DNA from: Octopus bimaculoides
Taxonomy: Eukaryota
Assembly (NCBI RefSeq): GCF_001194135.2
Contig: NC_068981.1
Location: 79,162,631-79,226,630 of the forward strand
DNA: 64,000 bases
Direction of reading: 5' to 3'
This document shows positions 38,016-50,058 of the stretch, in pieces. Made by a program: the position numbers and the translations under genes. The notes under the pieces are model-generated. The model had not been told where the DNA came from. It saw only the letters and a list, made by a program, of their open reading frames with translations, and ran no database searches. The first letter of the stretch is position 1. Each line of letters opens with the position of its first letter.

Positions 38016-41000
38016 CACAGACACACACACACACACATCCGAGTTTAGCACCTAATGCATAATTAAAAATAAATGCTCATTTATCGAACATTTTTTTTTT
38101 AGCAAAAGTAACTAGACGCTTTCACTTTACTCAGGGGCTTTCCGTTTCGCATGCTGTTTTACCGACCCTTTTATATACATATACAATATAAAATATAGTG
38201 TAAAGGTCATGATAAGTAATATTAGATATAAATTCACTTTACATATATATATATATATTAAAAAAGAAAAAAAATGTAAAGAGAAAGTTGTTCTAAAGTC
38301 CTACCTTTGAATATAAATTTGCCATTTTTTGGCGGTATATAGTATCACAGACAGATCTTCAGGCCAAAATCTTTATTGATAAAATATAAACGAAGTCTTT
38401 TAACAGATCAAGTTTTCTGTCGGAGATGTATCAATATTTCTAAGAGGCCAGACAAAACTTTTTTTCCTTTTTGCTCAAAGATTTGGTTTCCCGACAAAAT
38501 TTTCTCTTCTTTTTCTTTATCATTTTAACTTTTTGTACGCGTGTGTGGGGATTGTATGCGAGAGTTTTAAAGAAAATAATCAAAATACTATTAATATTAT
38601 TTAGAAGTTGGATTGTCAACACCAGTGCCACGAGAGAAAACTGTCATTGCCTGTTATGAGCGTGACAATCATCATCGCCATTCCACCAAGAAGGAGAATA
38701 AACATAAAAGCCGCAATAAACATTGATGTCATAACAAGGGTTGCTGCTAGCAAGCTAACTGCCAGTGTAGCTAACAGGACTTGAATAGTGTCAACCATAA
38801 CCAGATTCTGAGATTAGAAACAAACCACGATATAACAGACTAGTTAACTAATTTTGTCATATTCTGAATTTTTCCAATGTGACTAAGCTTTCATCGTTGT
38901 TTTTCACTTTTCTTAGAGGGAATGATGATCAAACAGAAAGATAGAAAGTTAAAAGCAATTTATGACGTGATGAAATTTTGTGAACTTATTTTTAACTGGA
39001 TGAAGATGCTAGCTGGATGAAATTCTAGATGAAGATGCTAGTTAGACAAAATAAGCGATGGAATGTTCTCCTGTAATTAAAAATTATATAGAGATAGGAA
39101 GAACGAGATAATTAAAGAGAGAGTACAGGAGGCTGTGAAATCAAACGATTCCAGATTATTAATGTGAATATTAAATCAGCTGAGACAGCAACAGCTTTCG
39201 GCTTTTTCCTTCATGACGACGCAAAAACTTAGCCAAAGAATTCTTTAGTTACATAGTTACCGATATTAGTAAACGAAAAAGAGCAAGCACAACACCTGTA
39301 AGAAATAAGAGAGCGGCTAGAATCCCCAACACCGACTGTGTAGTGAGAGCAGAGATGCATTGATGATAATCAGGACGGTGGGGAGTTAAAAATTAACAGG
39401 TTGGTTGCTATACAGTCCCTAAAGTAAAGCACATCAATTACACTTGACAATGAAAATAAAAACACTAGAACAAATATATGTATTAAAAAGAAAAGTAAAT
39501 ATTCCTACGAGGAATTAAAAAAAGAAAAGAACCACACACAGACACACAGACCGTAAGGGTATAATTTTAGAGAATTTTCAATCAAACTGTCTCGAAGGCA
39601 TCTATTTATAGTCAGAGAGAGAGATGGAGAGAGGAAGATTCTGAACACGTATGAAGTAAATGTAGAAGGTGATAAAGAAAAAGGAAAGAGTTGTAAACTT
39701 ATATGTGAGTGAACAAAAGTATATTACAAGGTTTCATCAACCTACAAATTTAGATCAGTGGTTATTGAAACTAACTCCGTAACAAGTTTGCCTCTCGGCT
39801 GCCGAGTCTGGTGTTGTCAGTGCTACAATATCAAGTAGAGACAACTCTTTCATTACCAGACACTTCAGTGATTGCTCTTATGGAATATTTTGTTTCACTT
39901 GCAGGGCATTACGTTATGTATTTGGGGTGGATACTTAATTCCATTTAACATCATTTTAAGATCAGTAATTTTTGAAGCTCATAGATTGGTTATTCAATTC
40001 TTTTTTTGTAATTATATATTTTATATATAATTTTAAATAAGTTGAATAGCTATCGTTGTTTTTAATTTTTTATCAATAAATATTGTATTTTTTAATGAAT
40101 TTCGATTTTTTAAAATACATTTTATCGTTTTATTCTTTATAAATCAATATGTCACTACAACAAGGATTCAAATATCATTAAGACAATCTGTCTTTTATCC
40201 TTCGATAATCATAAAATGAGCACCAATAAGTCAAGTTGATTAAATTTGTGATCTAGTGGTAAAATTTAAAATATCAATATTTACAACAGTGTATCATTGA
40301 AGAAGGTTTTTGTTAGGTACAATGCTAGAACTATTTCTATTCAGAGTAGTGTGCCCTTTCAACAGCTGAAACTCCAGCATATGACACCAAACAAATAAAG
40401 AGCTGCTAGAACTATATCAAGTATAGCAGGTAGACCTATACTTAACAAGAACTTATTTTAATGATTATATGGCTATCTTTGGAATATAGACAGCATATCT
40501 CTCATAGTAAACAACCTACAATAAAAGCATTATGATCATGGCTAGAACACTAACAATATAAGCTCAAAATTCTGTCATAAATCTGCATAAGCAGTACAGA
40601 CAGAGCTAGTAAACAATTAGATAGGCTATACAACCACAAGAAATAAACTAGTCAAAGATGGAGCTTCTATACAATCACCCACACATGTGGAATGATGTGG
40701 TCCTGGAAGCATTTTGTTTACATACAAGATGACATGGTTATAACTGAAACATGGCTCTGGTCAGTCAGTCAGTCAGTCAGTTAATTTGAGACCAAAATGT
40801 GATATGAACAGAAAGGATATTTTTTCAAATCAATAAATAATTAAATATATAGGTTAATATTCTAATTATTGTTAGAAGTTTGGAATTGCTCAACAGTGGT
40901 TTTTGTGCAAGCTATTATATTACATTTAAATACTTTATTGGAGATGATCTCTGTCTATACTAAAAAAAGTGTCATTCAGAAAAAAAGTATTTGTCAGAAA

Positions 41001-42466
41001 TATGAATATAGCAATGACCATTGTCTTTCTTTTCTTTTTTGTTGCTAGCAAACTGTTAGAATTGAATCATCATTTTATCAAGGGGTAAGACTAAATTCAT
41101 GGAGGTAGATTTTCTACAGACAGATGCAACAGTATGTTGTCGTCAACCAACACTTGTTCCCTATGCTCCCCCTTGGAAAACTGGAAACAATTGAAGCTGG
41201 TCGTATGATGGTGACACGCATTTACAACTATCACGCAATGTCAAGATAAAGTGGCACAAACACATACACACATATATATGATGGGTTTCTTTCAGCTTCC
41301 ATCAACCAAATCCACCCACACAGTGTTGGTTAGCCTAGTTCTATTATAGAAAACACTTGCTCATATACCATGCAGTGGAACTGAACCTGCAGCTTCTTAA
41401 CCACACAGTCATACCTGTATTTTATGAATTTAAAAGCATTTTGGTAAAGTATTTAATAATTAATTTCATCATAGAATTGGAAGCATTTTTATGATATAAT
41501 CACAACTTTCTTACACTAATAATATACTAATTATTTTACAGTATCTATATTCTGATTCAGATTTACAGAGAAAAGCAAAATAACATCAATTTCCCCCACC
41601 ATGTTAGTTAAACTCTTGTAGTCAGGTGTTCATTGAATTTTTGGATATATTCTTCCTTGCATAGTAATCAAATATCTTAGATAAGCCTCTCTCAGCAGTG
41701 AAGTAGTAGGTGAGAGATTCTAAGCTTCAAAATCAGTTAATAGTATGATTGTTAGCTATGGAATGCTATACCAGTATAAGGGTGCTTATTTATAATTTGA
41801 TGGGCTAATCTAGCAATGATAAATTATAATATACTAATTAGCCAATAAGTCGCCACCTTCACTCAATTTACCTATGGCCCTCAATCTCCTGGGTAACAAT
41901 TATTCTTAAGGAATACAAGAATAGCTCTAAGAAGAAACAGCAAGGCCAGGACAGACTAAATGTTCAAGCAATATGTGTAAGTTAATGCAATGAGAAAGAA
42001 AACTATGCAAATCAAAATAATGTTACAAACAACAAGTGATGTATATGTTTAATTCACTGATGAGAAGTAACATGAAAAAAACTCAGGGAGATGAAATTTG
42101 ATCTGCAGGCAAACTAGCAATCAACAATATATCTTCATTGACAGTTTGCGTCCATTTTTCCATGCCAGCATGGGTTGGATATCTCGTTCGATTCCAAGTC
42201 AGTTCTTATTCAAAGTTACTGACTTCCTGGATACATTGTGGATCACATCTCAATCTCACTCATACACTCCAATACATTCTATTTTTGTCATGGTTATTAC
42301 AGGTGGATGTCCTTCCTATTGCCTCCCATATTACAGAGTATACTGAGTGCATCTGATAGTGGAAGTGGCATTGGAGAGGTTAACTTGTCCCTAGCATGAC
42401 TAAAGAGTACTCTCTAACTATATATCATTTATCAATGCAGAGAGATTGTCTCATATCTGACAAGAT

Positions 42467-42506
<40 letters not shown>

Positions 42507-43643
42507 TACACAGATTCTTATAGATACTTACATAAATACACAGGTATATACATGCATATGTAAGTACAGAAACACATACATACATAGATATACATGTGTG
42601 TCAAGGTTTTTGAGATGGTGGGTTTGCACTGTTATATTGAGCTTGCGTGTGTGTGCGAGTGTGTGTGTGTATGTATGTGTGGAGGGCATACATACATACA
42701 TACATACATATACATGCAAACACACACAAATATATATACGAGGGGGTACCCAAAACTAACCGGAAATGTTCTCTATGGGACAAGCCCGTTGTAGTTCAAG
42801 CTTCTGCCACTAGAAGTCACTTGATGTGACCCTCAGGCATCAGCCTGCTGACCAACAGTGTCAACAGATGTTGTACTGTCATGTGGTGCATCTTTGTTTT
42901 GCAGTGCTTCTCCTCTGTTCATTGAATTTTGTGATAGCTGAAAAGATGCTTCCATAAAATTCTGTTTCCTGCTGGGGAAAATAGTGGCCAAAACAGTTGT
43001 CATGCTTCAAACAGCTTACAAGGATGCTGCCATGCGAAAAATACAAGTTTACGAGTGGAAACCACACTTTTGGAATGGTTGCTTGTTGCTTGAAGACCAA
43101 CCTCATTCAGGACAACCATCAACCTCCTGAATGAATGAAGACATGAAAATTCATGAACTGATCTTGGAGAACAATCACCAAACAATTGACGAAATCGTTG
43201 ATATGACTGGTGTGTCCTGGAGTTCCTACCAACGAATTTTGAGTGAAGAATTATGAATGAAGAGAGTTGCAGCAAAATTTGTGCCTCGCTTGCTCACAGA
43301 AGATCAAAAGCAGTCATGAATGAATGTGTGTCATGAACTGAAAGATGAGTTGTAAGTTGATCCAGACCCTTTTTCGAAGGTCATCACTGGTGATGAAAGC
43401 TGGTGCTATGGAATATGTAGATGTGGAAGAGGTGAAGAAAAGAACAACGGAATTGTTAAAAGGCATCACTTCACAAGAGTTCCAGCACTGCTTTGAATAG
43501 TGGAAAGCATGTCTGGACTGATGCATTGCTTCAATTGGAGAATACTTTGAAGATGATAAAAATGTAAACATGTAAAACTAAGTGAATGGAATAATATTGC
43601 AAAATTCAGGTTTCTTTTGGGTACCCCTTCATATATATATATG

Positions 43644-43677
<34 letters not shown>

Positions 43678-46600
43678 AAGAATATAAGGGGTTTAGTTCA
43701 CTTGTGATCTAAACAAAGAGGTACACTGCATAAGTGCTACAGTAGGTCAGCTGTCTGTTAGGTTCCAAGATCACAGCTAAGGCTGGATCTAGGGATCCGT
43801 GTTAGGCTTCCATTATAGCATGTATATATTATATTAGAGGAAAAATCAAAACCAAGGCACAATGTATATGTCAAGTCATTTAGAATAATTTAATTAGGGT
43901 AAGGCGAATTTGAAGTCTTACAGCAATTTCAAGGATAACCCAAGTGGTAGGTTAGCCCGTTCATGCACTAGGTATGCTGTCATCAGATACAAAGTATGAA
44001 TATTGTAGACAGGGAAAAATTTACAGTTTATAAGGAATAATATAGAAGAATAAAGGAGTAAAATAGAAGAATAAAGAGTAAAAGTAGTTAGAAGAATATA
44101 GGCAGGAGAATAATGTTCATAACTCATCTTTTTCCAAAGGATATGGATGTTGGTTGGCACATCCATGAAGGTAAAGATTTTTAGTTAAAATCCCAGGTAA
44201 ATCCATTTACCATTATCCCAAGTAAGTCCTTTTACTATGATCTTTTTTTGTTCCTTTCTCCTCTCTCTTTCTCTCATACCCCACTCACAAAACCCATTTA
44301 TGTCCATCATACTTTCTCGCCCAATATACATTTACATACAGTGTTCAGAATACTGCCAAAATACTGCCTGGAGATTTTAACTGAAAACATTCCTTTTTCT
44401 TCTGTAAAAAGATGAGTTATGAACATTATTCTCCTGCCTATATTCTTCTAACTACTTTTACTCTTTATTCTTCTATTTTATTCCATTTAAACTGTGAATT
44501 TTATTCCTTATAAACTGTAAATTTTTCTCCTTCTAAAATATTTATACCTTGTCTCTGGTGATGGAATAGCCAGTGCACGGACATGCTAACATATCACTTG
44601 AGTTATCTTAGAAATGGTTGTAAGACTTCAAATTCACCTTACCCTGATTGAATTATTCTAAATGACTTGAGATACTCGTTCTGCCTTGGTTTTGGTTTTT
44701 CCTCCAATATAATATATATGTGTATGTGTGTGCGTGTGTATTTATTCTTAAACAAAAATATTGACTGACTTTTCAGCGGGTTGAAACTTCAAAATCACAG
44801 CCAATAATATTCTTGTTTAAGAATAAATGTGTACTCTACAAAAGTATAGAGTAGGCCATCAGATTAATATAAAATTGTTTTTATTATAACCGAACATCAA
44901 AAAAAAAAAATCTCTAAAACCTGTACACTCATATGTACATATATGTATGTTTGTGCTTCTATACTTAAATATGTATGCATATACATATGTTAGATCGTCG
45001 ATCTCTGCACTTTCTTACTCTCTCCGTTTTTTTTTTTATATATTCTCTCTCCATTTTTTCCTTTTAATCCTTTGTCAAAGAGCGTAGGTTCAAAACATAC
45101 AAGACTTTTCCATTTTTCTCAAGTGTCAAACTAATACACCTGCTTGTTGTTCCTACACCTGTCTTCATCTTTTGTTTTCTGTAAATTTGAACTATATATA
45201 TATGTGTGTGTGTGCATATATACACATACACACACACACATACAATTTCTGAGTGGAAAATGGTAGATAGAAATGTGTGCAAGTGTGTGTATATGTGTGT
45301 GCATGCTTAAGTTTTGGAGTAATCCAAAAATCAGTACATCTGAACAGAAATAGTCTAGTAGTTAGGGTCAAGTTATCTCCCCTTACATGAATATTTTCAG
45401 AAGTCCACTTATGTTTGAGGTCAAAAAAATAAGTTACCAAACTAAAGAGGTAGATTTCACTGTCTAAAAACCTTTGAAGGCAATGTACAAGCATGGTCAC
45501 AACCTAGTGGTAGAAACCAGTAAAAACGTATACGTTCCAGTGTGTGTGTGTGTGTGTGTGTGTGTATCATCATCATCATCATCCAGTGTTTTAAGTCCGG
45601 GTTTTGTCTCCGTTAACAAGGGTGGCAGATCTACCTCAATGCCATAGCAACCACCCTTGCCTTGTGAGTAAGATATTATGATCAACCCTATCAAACGCTT
45701 TACTGAAATCAAGATATATGACATCAGCGTTCGAACCTGTTCCCAAGGCTTTAAAGTATATCTTCAATGTGGTGTAAGAGCTGTGTTAGACAGTCCCTGC
45801 CACAGCGAAAGCCATGCTGGTTTGCATTTGGGAGTTTGTGGGTCTCCAGGAAGTCAGCTATCCTTGATCTTACCACCCTTTCAAACACTTTAATAATGTG
45901 GGAGGTGAGTGAGATTGGGCGACAGTTGACTGCGAGGGATCTGTTTCCCTGTTTGAAAACCGGGATTACAGAGTGGGACAGGAGCTGTTTCGGTATATAA
46001 CCTGAGTCTAAAGAATTTCTCCAGAGGTTGGTCAGAGGGACTGCAAGTTGGTGTCTACATTCCTTCAGGAGACTTGCGGGGAATCTATCAGGGCCTACAG
46101 CAGAATAGTATTTGACCTCATTTATTGCTGCTATGATGTCTGAAGCAGTGAAGGTTATGTCCGAGATTTTATGTTGGGAATCAACTTCGTTCGCTTCTCT
46201 TATGTCAATATCAGTGGAATCACTAAAGACAGAGCAGTATTGTTTCTGCAGTATTTCTGCCATTTTTTTAGCATCGTGTCAGGGAATGTCGTTATCATCG
46301 ATCAATGGCCCAATGGGTGAGACAGCGGTTTTATTCTTATGGTGAAATCTTTTATTTTTACTTCAGCATTCATATGTGCGGTGTTTAGGTGAGTTTCAGT
46401 GAGGGTAAAGAGGGTACAGAGTCTTGTCCTAACATATGATGGAGAGGATAAAAATTTGGTTTTCATCCCAGAGATTTCCCATACCTCTCAATACCAAAGT
46501 TTGGTACTTGTCCTTCTAAGCTCCTTCATATTACTACATACCTTTGCTCCAAAGTGTAGATTCAATTTCTTTCAGTAGTTCATTTACAGCATAAAGAACT

Positions 46601-49600
46601 TCTTGATGTAGTAGCAGTTGATTACTTCAAGTTTTGTAGTCACTTTAACAACATTATGGGAGTAATATATCATACAAACAATCTCTCTTTCCTCTCTCTC
46701 TCACATACACATGCATACACACACACATACACAGTTTTAATGGTAAGGCTTTCTGACTTTCACCCAAGTATCCCAGGTCTGATTTCCAGCATGGAGACAG
46801 AGATACCCTGTGCAGGAATGGTTGTATGGTTGAGAAGTGAACTTCTCAACCATGTGATTTTGAGTCCAGTCTCATTGCATAGCGCCTTGAGCTGGTGCAT
46901 TCTACTATAGCTTCAGGCTAACCATTTCATCTTATGTCTGCTTGGTCAGGAATGATTTGGAGCTAAATAATCACAACACAAATATTGTAGAAATAACACA
47001 CAAATTGTTATTAAGAAATAACTTACCTCCCAGTCTCAGAAGATATATTGGAACAATCAACATTAAAGTATGTTGTAAGTAGTAGACTTCTTTTTCAAAC
47101 ACCAACTTAAAATTTAAAAAAAAAAAAAAAGATAAATTTAATAAAAAATTCATTATTAACATTTTAAGATAGAAACGAAATTCAAAAGTTTGATTATGCT
47201 GATTTTTTTTTTTTTTTTTTTAGTGTCCATCTGTTATCATTGCCATTGTATGATAAGTTTAATGCAGGAGGGATTGTTGTTCGGCAACAAGCATACACAA
47301 CCTGTAGTCAAAACCAAAGCCATGATTAAATAATGCTGACCGTGAAAATGGTGATGCTAGTTTGAAGATGAGTATGTGTTTTATACTGGTACCCTCTAAC
47401 TCACATCCATGAGAACTTGAATCCATCATTGCAAGCTATCCAACACACTAATTACAATACAATCTTCCTGTTGCTTAAAGCAGCAAGTTGTATCAATCCA
47501 GTATATCTATTGATGCTAGTTAAGTATCCTGATCATGGACATCATACAGTGGCAGAGTTGTTAGAACATTAGAACGAATGCTCTGCCATGCCAAACTTGG
47601 GTTTCATAAATAAAGAATCAGTGCAGTATGGGGCTAATTCTCCTTTCTTTTTTCTTCCATCTCTCAGCCTCTTATTTTCATTATCCTTCTTTCTCTCTCT
47701 AAAGGAGGAGGAGAAGGAGGCAGAATTGGCTAGGGTCAAGAGATGGCTTCTGCCAGTTTTGAAATGTCCATGATGTCACATATAATTCCTTTGACTTCAT
47801 CTAGAGCTGAGCAACCTAGACAAGGTAAGGTGAGGCAAAGTAATACAATATGAAGAGTTATTAACCCTTTTGTTGTAACTGGCTGAATGAAATTACCCAG
47901 ATATAATCAACTTCGGGCCAGCATAACTAATGTGAAGAAGTACTAAAAAAAATCTAAATTAATTAAAAATACTTAAGTCATGAATGGAAGAAAAACATTA
48001 ATGCAATGAATAATATTGTTTTAATCTAACCTTGGTAAGAGTCATTGAGTTAATGTTTTTTTTCTGCAAATAAGTATTTTTAATTTCTAAGATTTCCTTT
48101 TTTGCTTTCAGCACATTTTGTACGAAACAACTTCTGTTGTTAGTCAGAGACATACAAATCCTTACTCACTTACAATACAATCATCATAAAAAGATTCAAA
48201 ATTCAATAATCTGGGACTTCAATTTCAAAGGTTTGGGGATTCAGTGAAATTTGTTAGCAAGATAAAATCATTTTGTGTTGTTTAAAACTGAAGACAATTA
48301 TTTACTTGTTTAAGAAAGAATACAATAATTTACAACTTCCTTTTCTTTTACAATATTGTATAAATAGGTACAGGCTTGACTGAGTGGTCAAAATGTTTGT
48401 TCCCCAACCATGTTGTTTTGGGTTAAGTCCCACTATATGGTACCATGTGCTGACCAAAGCCCTGTGAATGGATTTAGGAGATAGAAACTGAAAGAAGCCC
48501 ATCCTGTATATGTATGTGTGCAAACATGCACATGTGTGAGAGTGTGCATGTGTTTGCACATACACAAGTGTGTGTATGTCTGCACACACATGTGTATGTG
48601 TGCATGTGTGCACATGCAAGTGTATGCATGTGTGCACATGCACATGTGTGCAAGTGAGAGAAAGTTTGTATCCCCCTTGTTTTCACACGTGCTCACTGCT
48701 TGCAGTGACCATGAAAGCATGTCTAGGCTTCTTGACATGTATTCTTTGTAAACAAAAGGTTCATACATATGGTGTCATTGTTTTCAGTTCTCCATAAAAA
48801 CCAGTCCGGGCTGCTTGTTGTTCAATAGATTGGGATGTTACTACCTCATTTGGAAACAAAATGACTGTAGAAAACTCTGCCTCAATGTACTCTCATCTGA
48901 TACATTACAACAGGGAAGAGTAGACATTAAATTAATGAAGATGATGTAGTGGTTTCTTTGCTCTAGTCATACAGCCTGTTATGACAGAGAGAGGGGTTTA
49001 TACTGATCCATATGGATAGCACCATAAAGGTACGGGCATGGCTGTGTGAATAAGAAGCTTGCTTCCCAATCACATTGCTCTGGGTTCAATCCCTACTAGA
49101 TAGCTCCTGGCCAACCAAGGCCTTGTCATTGAATTTGAGTGAGAGAAACTGAAAGTGTATGTGTGTCAGTTGATGTCTCTTTGTTTTGACATCATGTGAT
49201 AGCTGTAAATGAGTGTCACCTTCATAGAGTAGTGTCCTTCGTTTCCAATCTTCCATGAAAATATGTTTGGTCATGGGGAAATATTACTTTACTTGGAAAC
49301 ATGTGATGTTTGAAAACAAGAAAGATACCTGGCCATAGAAAATCTCCCTCAATAAGTTCCAGGCAATCCATGCAGGCATAGAAAAGAGGACGTTAAAACA
49401 ACGATAATGATGTTTACTAATATTGATTTATCAATATCCACTGGGATGTTCAAGGCAAAGTTAAGCATGGTAGGTTTTGAACCTAAAACCATGGAGAAAC
49501 TGAACAAAATATTACAGCATTCCATGTATCTACTGCCAACTTCTCACTTCCAGTTCATTAGTAAAAATAGTTTCTTTTTTTCAAGGCACAAAGCCAATAT

Positions 49601-50058
49601 TTGTAAAGAAAATATCCATTTTGTCTTTTTCTTTTTAGTGGCTTAGTCAGAACAACATGCCATGCTTATGATCAGAGCAGGATCTCCAAAACCAGTGAGA
49701 TCAAGTTTGTTTCAGATTTGCTTAAGTATATCTATGCTGTTAACTGAAGGAAAAACAGTGGTGGAGAGGGAATTCCATAGAGTTTTTACAAAAGGAATGA
49801 AAGAAAAAGTTACTAGTGAGAGACTGTGGTGTGGTGAGTCACAATATGCATGATAAAAGTATGTAGATAGTCAGTTCCAAAGAGTGACAAAGATTGAACT
49901 AAATAAATATGAATACAAAAAAAAAAAAAGAACAAACTTACCAATCGAGTGTTAATTACTGGGAAAAACAAGGCCAATGGTGCCCCAGACAACATGTACA
50001 TGTGAAGTCTGAAGGTTGCCCATGTGAAGATGCTGGGTGGTGCAGCCAATAAATAAAT
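26491..50058 (-). CDS. TMEM164: Transmembrane protein 164 ortholog, 5'-partial (4 coding exons in window)
   Basis: The spliced translation [125 protein letters not shown]... is colinear with human TMEM164 as I recall it (IFLLACPP...LLFPVVNTRL LPFELEIYYIQH...[36 protein letters not shown]). All introns are GT-AG and the phases 0,0,1,0 join in frame. Confidence 0.93.
27122..27965. repeat. Compound GA-rich minisatellite (GAGAGAAAGAATGAGT-type units)
   Basis: Directly visible; lies in the last TMEM164 intron. Confidence 0.95.
28980..29857. mobile_element. Fold-back mariner derivative with ~250-bp inverted ends
   Basis: GTCTGATCAATAAGTATC termini; both arms include the transposase start region (..TEKV/A..); arms ~28980-29245 and ~29625-29857. 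Confidence 0.85.
33480..34420 (-). mobile_element. RTE-clade LINE, 5'-truncated, with 3' UTR
   Basis: VDNFYYLGDLISSGGG, RRLERNEASMLCW, RLQWFGH motifs continue into the 3' UTR family ending ...CCAGCATGGAAAACAGATGTTAA plus a (GAT)-like tail. Confidence 0.85.
35009..35790 (-). mobile_element. Internally deleted mariner
   Basis: Imperfect GGTATCAAAA..T..GACTA TIRs; FKSGRTSLKDDEQSGRP HTH region joined to a C-terminal PYSP-like region. Confidence 0.8.
37287..37387 (-). CDS. TMEM164: TMEM164 coding exon, 101 bp, phase 1/0
   Basis: Acceptor ttacatag|GT, donor AGT|gtaaga; encodes (G)[33 protein letters not shown]. Confidence 0.92.
38616..38807 (-). CDS. Candidate terminal exon encoding a small hydrophobic protein (nested gene or alternative TMEM164 exon)
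   Basis: Acceptor gtttctaatctcag|AAT; NLVMVDTIQVLLATLAVSLLAATLVMTSMFIAAFMFILLLGGMAMMIVTLITGNDSFLSWHWC*; minus-strand AATAAA near 38372; non-repetitive, CpG-retaining context. No homolog recognised. Confidence 0.45.
   Translation of the reverse strand, partial: NLVMVDTIQVLLATLAVSLLAATLVMTSMFIAAFMFILLLGGMAMMIVTLITGNDSFLSWHWC
39261..39335 (-). CDS. Candidate upstream exon joining 38807 in frame
   Basis: Acceptor tctctgctctcactacacag|TCG (alternative acceptor ttatttcttacag| at 39295), donor TCG|gtaact; encodes SVLGILAALLFLTGVVLALFRLLIS. Confidence 0.35.
39601..39611 (-). promoter_or_regulatory. Candidate TATA box (CTATAAATAGA) upstream of the candidate nested exons
   Basis: TATAAATA on the minus strand ~270 bp upstream of the 39335 acceptor, inside the CpG-retaining island; could be chance in AT-rich DNA. 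Confidence 0.3.
42739..43631 (+). mobile_element. Internally deleted mariner (irritans-like TIR) in TA repeats
   Basis: TIRs CGAGGGGGTACCCAAAA / TTTTGGGGTACCCCTTCA flanked by TA; remnants of SGQP, KFVPRLLT, GDESWCYG. Confidence 0.85.
43915..43990 (-). ncRNA. Type I hammerhead ribozyme motif with extended stem II
   Basis: Minus strand: GTAT-CTGATGA-cagcatacctagtg...cacttgggttatcctt-GAAA-TTGCT-GTA-AGAC. Core CUGAUGA/GAAA/GUA intact; stem I has one mismatch. Confidence 0.62.
44551..44626 (+). ncRNA. Type I hammerhead ribozyme motif with extended stem II (core mutated)
   Basis: GTCT-CTGGTGA-tggaatagccagtg...cacttgagttatctta-GAAA-TGGTT-GTA-AGAC. Stem I GTCT/AGAC is perfect; the CUGAUGA core is changed to CUGGUGA. 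Confidence 0.6.
45580..46345 (-). mobile_element. CR1/Crack-type LINE RT fragment
   Basis: GPDRFP, VIPVFKQG, RPISLTS, NQHGFR, then YLDFSKAFD. Confidence 0.9.
47027..47105 (-). CDS. TMEM164: TMEM164 coding exon, 79 bp, phase 0/1
   Basis: Acceptor ttttaag|TTG, donor GGA G|gtaagt; encodes [26 protein letters not shown], including the conserved YYxQH motif. Confidence 0.93.
49942..50058 (-). CDS. TMEM164: TMEM164 coding exon, 117 bp, phase 0/0
   Basis: Acceptor ttgcttttttag|ATT, donor TTG|gtaagt; encodes IYLLAAPP...FFPVINTRL. Confidence 0.93.

Larger units (their letters stand above)
43823..44718. repeat. Long inverted repeat (~310-bp arms, 272-bp spacer) of a hammerhead-bearing element
   Basis: Arms 43823-44133 and 44406-44718 are reverse complements; the inner 75 bp (44059-44133 vs 44406-44480) are identical; both outer ends lie in TA-rich tracts. 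Confidence 0.9.
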
